From NCBI GenBank assembly GCA_048885865.1, contig JBHLLF010000008.1:1-64000 (forward strand): a DNA stretch of 64,000 nt. The letters run 5' to 3'. This DNA comes from Candidatus Hermodarchaeota archaeon (GTDB lineage: Archaea > Asgardarchaeota > Thorarchaeia > Thorarchaeales > Thorarchaeaceae). Made by a program: the position numbers and the translations under genes. This document shows positions 52,001-57,653 of this stretch, piece by piece. The notes beneath the pieces were generated by a model, which was given only the letters and a program-made list of their open reading frames with translations, searched no databases and was not told where the DNA came from. Each line of letters opens with the position of its first letter. Position 1 is the stretch's first letter.

Positions 52001-55000
52001 CTATAGAGTAGAAACCAGCAGGATCATTCTGGTTCTCAAACTCAGTGAGAATCCATCCAGGAGTGCGAGCGATTTCAGCGACACGAACCTCATCGATGAT
52101 TCCATCCGTAGTTCCTGTCCATTCTTGCCTACCTATAATCAGGGGCTCTGTGTTAGTATCGATGTTTCCAGACATTGCAGAGTAGTCCTGTTCATAGCCA
52201 TCAATGTACAGCCTACGATTTACGCCATCATATGTATATACGACATAGTGCCACCCTGCTGTCCCAATATTGTAGCCTGTATTCCAATTCCAGTCTGGAG
52301 GATTCCCTGGAACATCTGTATATACCCAGATAGCTGAGGTTTCGAATGTAAGGCCGTAATAACCGCTGCCAGAGTCGTCCGACTTGATTGCAATCCCGCC
52401 ACTAGGCGAGATGTCCGCTGAGTAGATCCAACCTCCGACAGTTATCTTGTCCGTCGTTATATCAAGACTCACACTGTTTTGCATCTCAATGAAATCGTCT
52501 GCGCCATCGAATTGCTGTCCGCCCGCAATCCTTCCTGCTATCAGATTCGGGACATATCCCGCCGTTCCACCCCCTCCTCTCCCATGATTCCCATAGGCGC
52601 TACTATCTTTGTACTCACCTGATGTTCCATCGCCAATCTCCTTCAGATGCCACACTCCCCTAAAGTTGCTAGTCCAGACACCATCTGGGTCCTGCTGATT
52701 TGTTGCCGCAGGATTGCCATAGTACATTACAATCGTTGTATCAATTGTGGAGGAAAGATCGGTTTTCACCCAGGCAACTAAATGGGCATGAGTTGTGTTG
52801 TAGTTTTGATCAAAAAGCTCTATCTCATGCGACAGGAGTTTTGTGCCCATTTTGAAGATGATGTCGTCTCCATCGGGTTGAGCATCAGTCTTGAGATCCA
52901 TGTCATAGATATTAACCAATAATGGAAAATCCATAAGGTCTGCATTGACTTTGTTATGGTCAACCACTATGTCTTTCTTATATTGACCTTCAATAGGCTG
53001 TGAGAATCCTTCTACTCCGACTGCGTAGAAGCCTGATGGATCATATTGGTTGCTGTATTCAGTGAGAATCCATTCTGATGAGCGAGCTTCACTTATCACG
53101 CGAACTTCATCAATCAAGCCCTCTACCGGATATGAAAAAGGCGATAATTGCAGGCTCTGAGAGCTACTTACATCTCCCAATGAACTGATGCTTTGTGGTG
53201 ATCCGACTGAGGCACCATTTGCATAGAATCGGAGAAAGCCTCCTGGAACATCCACAACTGCTACTATGTATATCCATTGGCCAAATGTCACAGAGGTTGA
53301 ATCAGAAATGACCTGTACTGTTCCATCTGCAACCTCAGCTTTTAGATCTGATCCTGCAGTGTTTGTTTCAAACTCGTATCCCGCATCGGTAGTCATAGTC
53401 CCTCCCTTGAATAGCGGTAGCTGATAATTCCCCGTGCTTTGATCAACACGAACCCAAAGACTATAGGAAAAGGTGTTCAAGCCGAAATCAAGATGACTGT
53501 CAGAGGGATTTCCAAAGTTGACATTCCCATTTACACCATTGAATTCATAGCAATTCCCAGCAATGCCGGTTTGGCTATAAATCACGCTTGCACTTACTGA
53601 ACCTGACAAGCCAAATTGAGTAGAGTCTATAGCATCTCCATTGGATTCACCAAGATGCCAGACGCCTGCGTAGTCAGCGCGCCATACTTCTGCAGGGTTC
53701 TCCTGATTTCCTATCGATGGATTACCATAGTGCATTGAGATAATAGTATCAGATGTGGAAGAGAGGTCTGTTTTGACCCAAGCTATGAGATGGGCGTGGG
53801 TTGAGTTGTGCTGTTGATTGAATAGCTCTATCTCATGCGGAAGATAGCCGCTGCTAGAAGTGAATATAATGTCATCCCCATCTGCTTGAACATCTGTTCG
53901 CAAGTCAGTGTCATAAATATCAATCAACATAGGAAAGTCCGTAAGGTCTCCCGCGACTTTGCTGTGGTCAATTGTGATGTCCTTCTTGTAGAGGAAATTG
54001 ACTCCCTCATCGCCAACTGAAATGAATAGCTCAGGATTTCTCTGATTGATGTATTGTGTCCTTATCCAAGCATCAGACCTGGCAATGCTTGATATACGAA
54101 CCTCGTCGACAATTCCATCAAAGTAAGATGTTGCACCAGCACTATCGGATCTTCGGCCTATTCTTACAGGCCGGTTAGGGTCATTCACTGATGCAGGGAC
54201 TCCACTTGTCACCTCTCCAACAAGCTTACCATTCAGATAGAACCTCGTATATTCGGATGGGCTAAACACGCCTACAGCATGATACCACTGGCCAGTATCA
54301 ACGCGTTCGTATCCAACAAGATCCGTAGCTACTCCATCAGGACTCCACCGAAACATGACCCATCCCGCAGGACTGATGCTAGGATCGTTATCAAAACTGA
54401 TATCCCATCCTCGATAGTTGAATTCTCCTGATTTAACCACTAGATAGTCATTGTCAACATAATCAGCATAAAACCAAGCCTCCACCGTAAAAGCACCATT
54501 CAACTGTAGCTCAGTTGGATTGCCAAAATCTAGATAGTCATTCGACCCCTCAAGATCGATTGCCCCTCCAATGATTCCATCAACGAGGTCACTTGATGTC
54601 ATGCTCCCATATGAGGTGCCACTACTCTCGGGTGAAGTCACATCCAATATCTGTGGTTGATGAGGCATATAGTCAGCATAGGTTGAGTCCCACTGAGGTT
54701 GGGCTGGATTCTCACTCAGATGCCACACTGCGGAATAGTCTGAGTCCCAAACATCTACAGTTATTTCTTGGCCTCCAAGGTCATCGTCTCCGTAGACCAT
54801 CACTATTGTGGTATCCTGAGTAGAAGAAACATAAGGCACATTCACCCAAGCCGAGAGATGAGCATGTGTTCCATTTCCCAGCTTGTCGAAGACATCTATT
54901 TCGTGGGGGATTACCTGGCCATCATATAGAAACGCGATATCATCACCATCAGGCTGAACATCTAGATGCAGATCAGCATCCCAAATGTCTACCAGAACTG

Positions 55001-56675
55001 GAAAGTTCTGTAGGTCTGCGGCAACCTTGCGATGATCGATGACTATGTTCTTGTTATATCTAAAGCTTGGAATGACGTCACTTGGGTCAGGCGCAGTAAA
55101 ATCAACAAACAGTCTGGCAAGATCAGCCTGCGGATACCCAGCTGAGCCCTTTATGTTATTGTACTCATAATCCAGAGTGGAGTATGCGTAATCAATCATT
55201 ATACAGATGTAGTTGCCACTCTGCCACCCGGGTCTGGATACCACCTCTTGGATTAGAGCTGACAAGTCGGGCGTGCTATATCTTCCGTTGGTAAGCCACG
55301 TTGTGGGGCGCCAATAGACACTAGTGTTGACCCAATCATATCTGTCTTCCAAAAGAGGATATCCTGTTGTGAATGCAGATACATCATCCTCATCTGCAAC
55401 ATAGATTCGCATTCCAGGATGCCCAGTTGAGTCGAAGGCTGCTTCCACCTGCAGGACAGCAGATGCAATTGTGGATCCCTGTGGCACATGTAATGGAAAC
55501 TGAAGTCCGACATTATAGGGATCTGCGGTAGTCCAGTCGCCCGGGGTGAGCAAATCACAACCCACGTCAATGTAGCCGCCATCATCGTATCCATTCAAAT
55601 CCACGCCTCCTGCACCCCAATTTGACGAGTCAGCGCTATAGCAGTCTCTGTTGCTCCCGTCGGGAACATACGGTGAAACACGTCCTTCAGTTGATCCCGT
55701 CACTCGGGCTCCATTTGCTAGTAGGTCAATCTCTTCTGGATAAGGTCGTACAAGAAGCCTCAACTCAAGCTCGTCAATGTACATTTCATGGGTCCCGCTG
55801 GCGGGAGGATTGCCACTCAAGTCTGTTCCAACACCAATGTCAAAGAGCAATGCATCCTTCGTTTCCAGTGACTGCAAATAGGAAGCGGGAACAGTGGCTT
55901 TGGCTTGCAGCCATGTGTCAGTGGGTGTGCCAACTTCATATACATGGTGTTTAGTAACATAGCCTTCCACCCTAGTAAAGACATGAACCATGTCATCCAT
56001 ACTAGAAAGACTGGAAACATAATACCGGAAAGTGATTTCAGCAGAGTAGACTTCTCTCCAAGGCGCAGGGATCTGTTGACTGATGTAGATTCCCATGGTT
56101 GGGTCGAAGATAGCGCCAGTATTATAGTTTGCATCAAACCTCCAACCCATGGAAGCATCATATCCTTCTCCAGACCTGCCGTTGAGCTCAAAATAGCCGT
56201 GTTGAGGATGTGGAGTCCCGCTAGGAGGTGCATCGTTCTTTACTATGGTCCAGCCATTCGGAACATAGAAGGGATCTCCGTTGTATTCTGGATAGCCATC
56301 AATGGGAATCCATAACTCTTCGTGATTGGCGTCAAGATTTGGATTGACTAGAACATCTTCGACCCACATCGAGAGGTGCTCAAGATCTGCTTCCAGTTGC
56401 TCCGAGCTCCATCCCAAGGGTGGGTCGACACCAATAATCCAAGGATGGTCTGCGTCAATCACAGAGGTCCCGCTTGAAACAGTCATTCCTTGATAGTCGA
56501 CAGGCCTGGGTGCACCTGTCCCTGATGAAAGATCATGCCAATCGGAAGGTGCTGACTCAGAGTCACGATTCCCAGTAGCATCCAAATATGGAACGACATG
56601 GTCGAACTCTGGACCTCCGATTGTGGGGAGGAGAAAGATGATAAACAGCATCATCGCTGCGGCCGGCTTTCGCAT
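37050..56675 (-). CDS. Giant (~6540 aa) single-pass surface glycoprotein, paralog of 25090..37053, with nine DUF2341+LamG modules
   Basis: Uninterrupted 19.6-kb ORF with the same domain order. The likely start is ATG 56675 (MRKPAAAMMLFIIFLL signal peptide, GGGAG SD). TM at ~37745-37815. Confidence 0.87.
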   Translation of the reverse strand: MRKPAAAMMLFIIFLLPTIGGPEFDHVVPYLDATGNRDSESAPSDWHDLSSGTGAPRPVDYQGMTVSSGTSVIDADHPWIIGVDPPLGWSSEQLEADLEHLSMWVEDVLVNPNLDANHEELWIPIDGYPEYNGDPFYVPNGWTIVKNDAPPSGTPHPQHGYFELNGRSGEGYDASMGWRFDANYNTGAIFDPTMGIYISQQIPAPWREVYSAEITFRYYVSSLSSMDDMVHVFTRVEGYVTKHHVYEVGTPTDTWLQAKATVPASYLQSLETKDALLFDIGVGTDLSGNPPASGTHEMYIDELELRLLVRPYPEEIDLLANGARVTGSTEGRVSPYVPDGSNRDCYSADSSNWGAGGVDLNGYDDGGYIDVGCDLLTPGDWTTADPYNVGLQFPLHVPQGSTIASAVLQVEAAFDSTGHPGMRIYVADEDDVSAFTTGYPLLEDRYDWVNTSVYWRPTTWLTNGRYSTPDLSALIQEVVSRPGWQSGNYICIMIDYAYSTLDYEYNNIKGSAGYPQADLARLFVDFTAPDPSDVIPSFRYNKNIVIDHRKVAADLQNFPVLVDIWDADLHLDVQPDGDDIAFLYDGQVIPHEIDVFDKLGNGTHAHLSAWVNVPYVSSTQDTTIVMVYGDDDLGGQEITVDVWDSDYSAVWHLSENPAQPQWDSTYADYMPHQPQILDVTSPESSGTSYGSMTSSDLVDGIIGGAIDLEGSNDYLDFGNPTELQLNGAFTVEAWFYADYVDNDYLVVKSGEFNYRGWDISFDNDPSISPAGWVMFRWSPDGVATDLVGYERVDTGQWYHAVGVFSPSEYTRFYLNGKLVGEVTSGVPASVNDPNRPVRIGRRSDSAGATSYFDGIVDEVRISSIARSDAWIRTQYINQRNPELFISVGDEGVNFLYKKDITIDHSKVAGDLTDFPMLIDIYDTDLRTDVQADGDDIIFTSSSGYLPHEIELFNQQHNSTHAHLIAWVKTDLSSTSDTIISMHYGNPSIGNQENPAEVWRADYAGVWHLGESNGDAIDSTQFGLSGSVSASVIYSQTGIAGNCYEFNGVNGNVNFGNPSDSHLDFGLNTFSYSLWVRVDQSTGNYQLPLFKGGTMTTDAGYEFETNTAGSDLKAEVADGTVQVISDSTSVTFGQWIYIVAVVDVPGGFLRFYANGASVGSPQSISSLGDVSSSQSLQLSPFSYPVEGLIDEVRVISEARSSEWILTEYSNQYDPSGFYAVGVEGFSQPIEGQYKKDIVVDHNKVNADLMDFPLLVNIYDMDLKTDAQPDGDDIIFKMGTKLLSHEIELFDQNYNTTHAHLVAWVKTDLSSTIDTTIVMYYGNPAATNQQDPDGVWTSNFRGVWHLKEIGDGTSGEYKDSSAYGNHGRGGGGTAGYVPNLIAGRIAGGQQFDGADDFIEMQNSVSLDITTDKITVGGWIYSADISPSGGIAIKSDDSGSGYYGLTFETSAIWVYTDVPGNPPDWNWNTGYNIGTAGWHYVVYTYDGVNRRLYIDGYEQDYSAMSGNIDTNTEPLIIGRQEWTGTTDGIIDEVRVAEIARTPGWILTEFENQNDPAGFYSIGAEQYIQQIELTYKKDIVIDHTKVDADLTEFPVLINIYDTDLKTDVQADGDDIVFAKDGFIIPHEIEVFEQSYNTSHAHLVAWVKTNLLSSTDTVITMYYGNPTAVNQENAAGVWDSNYAGVWHLKEDPTGAIHDSTSNSNHGTGYNLQSDDQVDGQIDGSIDFDNNQDHIDCGSDSSLNVGSNDFSLSLWFKYDGVDMGVLAGKGAVLNAKRYRLSIESGPGMLMAQIDDNTVAKSVTSTSTYGDNLWHHVSLVRDGNYLRLYIDGVEDPNSPTDITGYGSLDESESFYIGAFRSEVGGTIGYWSTANTDEVRVANMAYSPEWIATEFNNQYDPASFYSVGSETFTQPVEFAYEKDIVVDHTKVSADLTDFPLLIDVFDADLRTDVQSDGDDIIFKIGTTPLVHEIEIFDQEYNSTHAHLVAWVKTDLSSTIDTTITMHYGNPEASKQENPSAVWSNGYVGVWHLGEASGSVQDSTPYGQDGTPFGGVTLGVLGRIGSASDFDGIDGYINMEDPADGHLDFGLNSFTISIWLKIDASTGSWQAPLNKGHPSGLKSGYRFETNTLGQNIYFQIGDGTSYESTGSYSVTFGEWMHLVACVDTSSNTMHLFKDGSYSGDVDISGIGSVSSTDNFTISRGLSSPNPVDGLIDEVRVSNTARSDGWVITEYNNQLNPSSFYSVGAEIITQPVEFAFRKDIVVDHTQIDADLSDFPMLIDIYDTDLKTDVQADGDDIIFKMNDALVPHEIELFDQDYNLTHAHLVAWVKTDLSSTVDSAVTMYYGSPQASNQENPNSVWNDNYMGVWHLGETSGGSGAFKDSTSNNNHGTDAGAPTLGINGPIGNAILFDGVDDSINCGNGPSLNIAGDVVTLEAWAYLNEDIGPGWGSGIVVKYGSYEIFQDWDATRRITFSVTTTGTGQTWIARTNNDINRWYHVVGVYDGTTTFIYVDGTEIASIPNSGTLAVSGSPLNIGLEDQYYDGRIDEVRVSNIDRSAEWILAEFRNQNDPTSFYTVGYELTPQPKGFNYRKNITIDNTKVSSDLVGFPLLIDIYDTDLKIETQVDGDDIIFKTGDVSLSHEIELFDRDYNSTHAHLVAWVKTDLSSSSDTIVTMYYGNPEATNQEDSDGVWDSSYMGVWHLSETSGNAQDSTPYQTHGTPSGLLTQGVSGRIGNAYYFDRDGLGTVNMGDPADGHLDFGNTDDFTIEFWVDLDYFYYYEPFLVSKRNGLASSSPGYAAFVSDDNNGYPGYSISSDGPQFGVDASSPVLNTGWRHVVYVFDQDSDTISTIYVDGIDDKSSIWGTIGSVGSLQNSANFRLNGESSPTTDDMFDGMLDEVRISKIARSSDWILTEFNNQNDPSSFYSISAAEFLGVAPEYNYMKNITIDHTKVGSDLTDFPLLIDIFDSDLRSDVQPDGDDIIFKIGTSSLPHEIELFDQTYNSTHAHLVAWVKIDLSSSVDTTITMYYGNPSINNQERPSEVWNSNYVAVWHFNQDPSSTSILDSTANGYHLTALGFDSDSRVYDGRLGTAISVDGINDRFAVSSISGPLLDTTFQSWFKFDNTFPPGSEMHFFRGNSLTNDYPLMRFASSGIVVTHIEVTSDNDDSCTGTKNSWAADSWFQFSFVRSTAAVMAYHYINGSLDASDNSADNANPHLPWDQLAILSDFSAGNMWGPGAISEFRILGAVLSPEWIATEYANQNDPASFYSVGAEEQIAIPEEPSEPSLLDASGYKFSTSSDVAITIGLSSSLGTHTSGFSYTDDYIPGTSFSIVNGSLAVWTANVLVSPPPEIESISFELSYPEGEWYPFSVMSPSGVEKSFATDWTCFDGKLIVASTAIDEYGMWRIRFQDRNHVFDTQMGLSGGPYTPSGTFLIGEEIQFRIWSSGTMSSGISLDLTDPYGSTWYSGAATFQGQKFALPYSHRKYLTISHENVATDLVNFPVLVDIYDADLRTDVRADGRDIAFAIGEETLAHEIELFDQTFNSTHAHLAAWVKVPLLSGSSDTAISMYYGNPIAPIVYDSGPVWDSGYLGVWHLAESGTGALDEYTDSSQYKHHGQGGEGQATYVPTQVSGKIGFGQDFNNLDGNYDLIDCGDSPLWNIDGYQLTLEAWVQHDITPNTHIYGIMNHKGWYNGYSLFINEGGVSTLKPVFNVQGETHQLVGANDVMGGSWHHIVATYDGSLMRIYVDGVQDPNVLQKTDAILPSTAEQGFWIGHGDQPKDVVWSAEYEGQIDEVRISDVARPAGWIETQFKNQNDPSSFFSISIEQSPGYSESAAITLDSSAQAGVWQATARYYDDGANVDQSVGIFSRNFIVKRGASMSLTAPGDAVSDGISAKLIGEGLYVEFELSDTLTSLPISGATMTMNWTVSGAPTQIQLNDYGDGSYGRVLNTTDLGTAQRWRIELTSSHQFYGDAFNVFFLDLSHQTYLTYEPPSAAPYGDDFTVKITLRDSFNSQPLANAGFASNGTIIGAPVDYGNGTYLLTIDSSALSTGTHAFRFTATPSDSYLLSSSIDVQFDYRQVSTDAYALSSDPVEVPWGEQATVTIHWYDIDHSGIGIDGGTASINPPVALQTADIGGGDYALTIDTSSYLPGTYVFDVTLSEANYEDATASVTVIVKVHSTSVSADYSPSTPVGTSTHFDISFLDVDGGSVGIGVGNLSQVTLDWGSGPQAFFPYGFWLDTSAWSVGVYTINITVYATTAPRYYSDATISVDLEIRKLEVYVSWEHLEPFPNGDDFVMFAHLNISEPGSSIDGDPINGLTQAYFTAKNETGWQYTFESFAFLGEGRYQLIIDQSNFLEGEYTIVVYVDFLPAENYIDSQTPVITFTYRPILTYLSSDDYPTVTTTYDTNVTITLNYVDIDNNVNITTGSITAEGASITWQHLGNGVYEVLVIVQGWNLGTHEVNITADALSYKAKTLTFEVIVQIAYAYARSSDSSIDLPLGDTAVLYVDYWDIIHDEPILGASIDHNWTHALTVIWTGSQYRVELPSLQTDSLGSYFILFNVSKGSNYQFGYFNLSLTLRTHYTEVRLGSAVEPTTYVGMVNVSLYYGDLDNDVGVASQYVNVSVYGVAGWIDSTLENDTASGNGYYIIRFPALVLGESGLYNFTVYVNWTGPTQQFYNGMIRTSVNIIGEESELSLEDSPGPTPYLENMSYTYFYGELYSGVGISNATGDVFIFIEFVGESIDTSLVSILEGMPGHYTLEFNTTIFAKPGVFTMVVQVNWSASASPFYDNRTDTISVRVIPRNTVVSVTPPDSTSYGINATFSFSYDDVSNVIPVTIPNDARMTVVVNLPDYSISYNSTTREFHVSFNTSVLGASLGSKQFTISITWTGSPFYANITARTIFITVASRETSFDFATPSPTSYGEMATFTVTYLDVAGAIPSPIDDGTITLYNDSQPIPVSFYSYIPLGSGKYTIELNTSYFSRPDSYSLEIQITTTQFYYPDVTGSRTLNVRYRITTLAAESAGIVSYNSSIPLVLHYSDLFSLSPISNISLLTSIEILNGSSWIFTSNWRGVSQDYLVTVQTFNQILDVDTDYVLWIRFTYADASPFYLAAETFVSFRLRERTTYLDVTESPLPTPYLDFVNFTVAYRDLESSTAIGGANIVLSIDAINLMEGTEYILQTSGDGIYQISINATAIGIPGTTKSLVVSAEWPSGAPYYTDTTISLTVSVVVRPASVRIISSPTQVRFLDNITFTFSYNDDSTDDFITLTKNMVSIYSGGSLLQSSDFAMSFAGNGYRIGINSAILSPYLVTNWNVTVFVDWSSTDPPYYSDDAASVGVTVTNRVGSISLGNAPTIPIGDNMTLTFSYQDQDNGLGIGDAIIVFDCLNPSGLVENTDFWIVRGFGPEFGEYTIIVDTNKLGGVGLYTFSLLLQWNQSIAPYYRNASEIFLIGSVRLIQSQLYYYEPSPTTVPIRDNVSVVLTFTDTDHLLAIAGAESDISVTYKSDGSVPSIWCITVIAPGIYELTVNCTDAGSTGTNALVIQINLSNYQFAEVQVPIQIRARQGELTKIESPDAYFGEQTYAIVELVDIDASSAPIHDAMLNLIWPETSSYVYIGSGMYNITLDTTTLGADLYTLVVSAQKADYFIPEISISIKVLNIPTGIILPQTVPDVHWGESVSIWALFNDTRSGTLIPGAAVNYQFGILSGSLTEGTPGNYSFTVDTGNLPLATTYLVSITARLDNYDTVSGQVTVNILRLNLELTIVDGLNSQVLYKGEPINITVFVRDAYNDVPLTGASVSAKWIFDMNGVSLAPVPGMNGYYTGLIATVAASTKTYSIVVSAEKTNYLTMTSSAEVNIKQILTKVNLDPLTETYSSQVFDWTDTIRIGVFVLAPTLNDTGLSNCTVTWSLSGTFLTGEFLNGSSIGGPGYFYFDFYTYEYNATTYTLRFTAYPLVGAYAPSNNMTTITIRLIQTTVESTFVAPKVWGWAGWVNLTYWNLLEDRGVVAAEVGIDWEGMEQQSRYIIDGVYQVWINTSLVSPGVYPVVVSFWKHNYEAGTGVFTLTVREVPTEIVAYTPSQYQIDGNVLNLQIPYGDSLPITLFYNDTWYNQGISNASDLTAVILHPSISDKDILLMSELSFGNYSLVIDSSQWIISSTPYRVVANLGLENRSRATLNLYITIINIPTALTADHEIVLMNYIETFTIRVFYYDIWEGHNNQGIPGGFPNATSLNLDYVKVESRQPDPSNPGWYEITLRSEWAQGSAVILIELSKENYDSAVVTVAVSVEPSDINLLLERSILYGLPIGIICIIGAVLWSRLFSLPKRLREIRGMVKDINRGRIPKVPDGVQNRRDILTELFNEIIEPIGIVRSADSMPEYSLVAEVPEMEELLIQLSILTQLTPEELDDFRADVTKMKLSEQAAFIKEVISQEVIKRAKIEKKSIEKIHKETLEQARALIAGKVIAPPTEPVVGEKEEPPEKTELKKPDLSKAKDELPPELVSQEEIEQIRKRLVEAGIGGHELETIMEQVQDLPRDLVEDLINSILKKGGGKP
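45230..46265 (-). repeat. Ninth DUF2341+LamG module, separated from the tandem array
   Basis: YSHRKYLTISHENVATDLVNFPVLVDIYD ... GQIDEVRISDVARPAGWIETQFKNQNDP. Confidence 0.85.
46890..55065 (-). repeat. Eight tandem ~1.0-kb coding repeats (DUF2341+LamG modules)
   Basis: Module starts (x-Y/F-K/R-K-D/N-I-x-I/V-D-H..V..DL..FP) near 55060, 53995, 52980, 51965, 50940, 49925, 48935 and 47885. A 30-nt stretch is identical at 49692-49721 and 50706-50735. Confidence 0.88.
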
Positions 56676-56714
56676 GTTTACAACTCCCACTAAGCAATGC
56701 AGGGATGGGACCAA

Positions 56715-56810
56715 CAGAACTGACCGAATAAATTAAGATAAGATATTCTTGTACATTGATTTGAGTTAATATATACGAATATAATATATTAGGTGTTTGT
56801 TTGGTTTGAT
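56715..56810 (-). promoter_or_regulatory. AT-rich putative promoter region of the giant-protein operon
   Basis: Sharp AT enrichment with TATA-like tracts (ttaatatata, ataatatatt) upstream of the 56675 start. Confidence 0.4.
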
Positions 56811-56822
56811 TTGGCTCGTCGT

Positions 56823-57446
56823 CTAGAGGTATTCGATTCTCCCCATGTCAGTCAAGGCGTTAAGTGCTGGGGGGTTGAGAATCTCTATATTTGGCTCCCT
56901 CCAAGATACGAGTTTTGTTTTCTCTGGAACGGAAAGCTTGTGCAATGACGCACATGAAAAAAGAGCACTTAGGTCAAGTCGCATGATGTCATTTCCAAGT
57001 AGGTTCAGCTCCTCAAGTCTTGGACACTTAGAAAGCGGGGTGAGATCTAATGCTTTCATTTGATTATCCTGTAGATACAGAGTTGTGAGGTTCTGACATT
57101 GAGCCAGTGGTTCCAAGTCCAATCTGAACAGTGCATTGTTGCTGAGGTCCAAATGCTTCATATCGCAATACTTCAGTGAATCAATGTCAATCACTCGTAA
57201 ATGATTTGAATTGAGTCTAAGGCTGTGCAGAGATTTGCAGAATGCCAACGCCACCAAATCCAGGGTCATTAGGCTATTATTGGCTAGATTCAATTCCTCC
57301 AAACCGGTCATATTGTCCAAGGGGCCAAGGTCGATTGCCATAATTGACTCGTTTGAGAAGTCCAAGGATAAACTGTCCGGCACCACTGGTATCTTCCTCG
57401 ATGTTCCATCTGCCAATGTCACCTTAAAGTGTATCAAGACCTTCAC
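56823..57446 (-). CDS. Leucine-rich repeat protein
   Basis: About six 22-23-aa repeats of the form LxxLxLxxNxLxxLDLxPLxxCxx. Confidence 0.9.
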   Translation of the reverse strand: MKVLIHFKVTLADGTSRKIPVVPDSLSLDFSNESIMAIDLGPLDNMTGLEELNLANNSLMTLDLVALAFCKSLHSLRLNSNHLRVIDIDSLKYCDMKHLDLSNNALFRLDLEPLAQCQNLTTLYLQDNQMKALDLTPLSKCPRLEELNLLGNDIMRLDLSALFSCASLHKLSVPEKTKLVSWREPNIEILNPPALNALTDMGRIEYL

Positions 57447-57653
57447 TCACTCTACGATTCATCCAATCTTAATCCTGGGTGAATAATCGCCTATTCATTT
57501 CAATATATGGCGCTTCTCCAGATTGAGTTTGGCTAGTCAGAATTTCCCATTTTGGCACATATAGAGATAAGCGAAGAATTAATATGATATAATAGCATAA
57601 AATTTAATGTATTATTATATGACATAAGGTATTGTGTGGAGTGTGACGTCATC

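Noticed and set aside
45230-55065. The ~1-kb repeats as a CRISPR array or diversity-generating retroelement target
   Set aside because: The repeats are in-frame protein domains with synonymous divergence. There is no short repeat-spacer structure, no reverse transcriptase and no adenine-specific TR/VR pair in the window.
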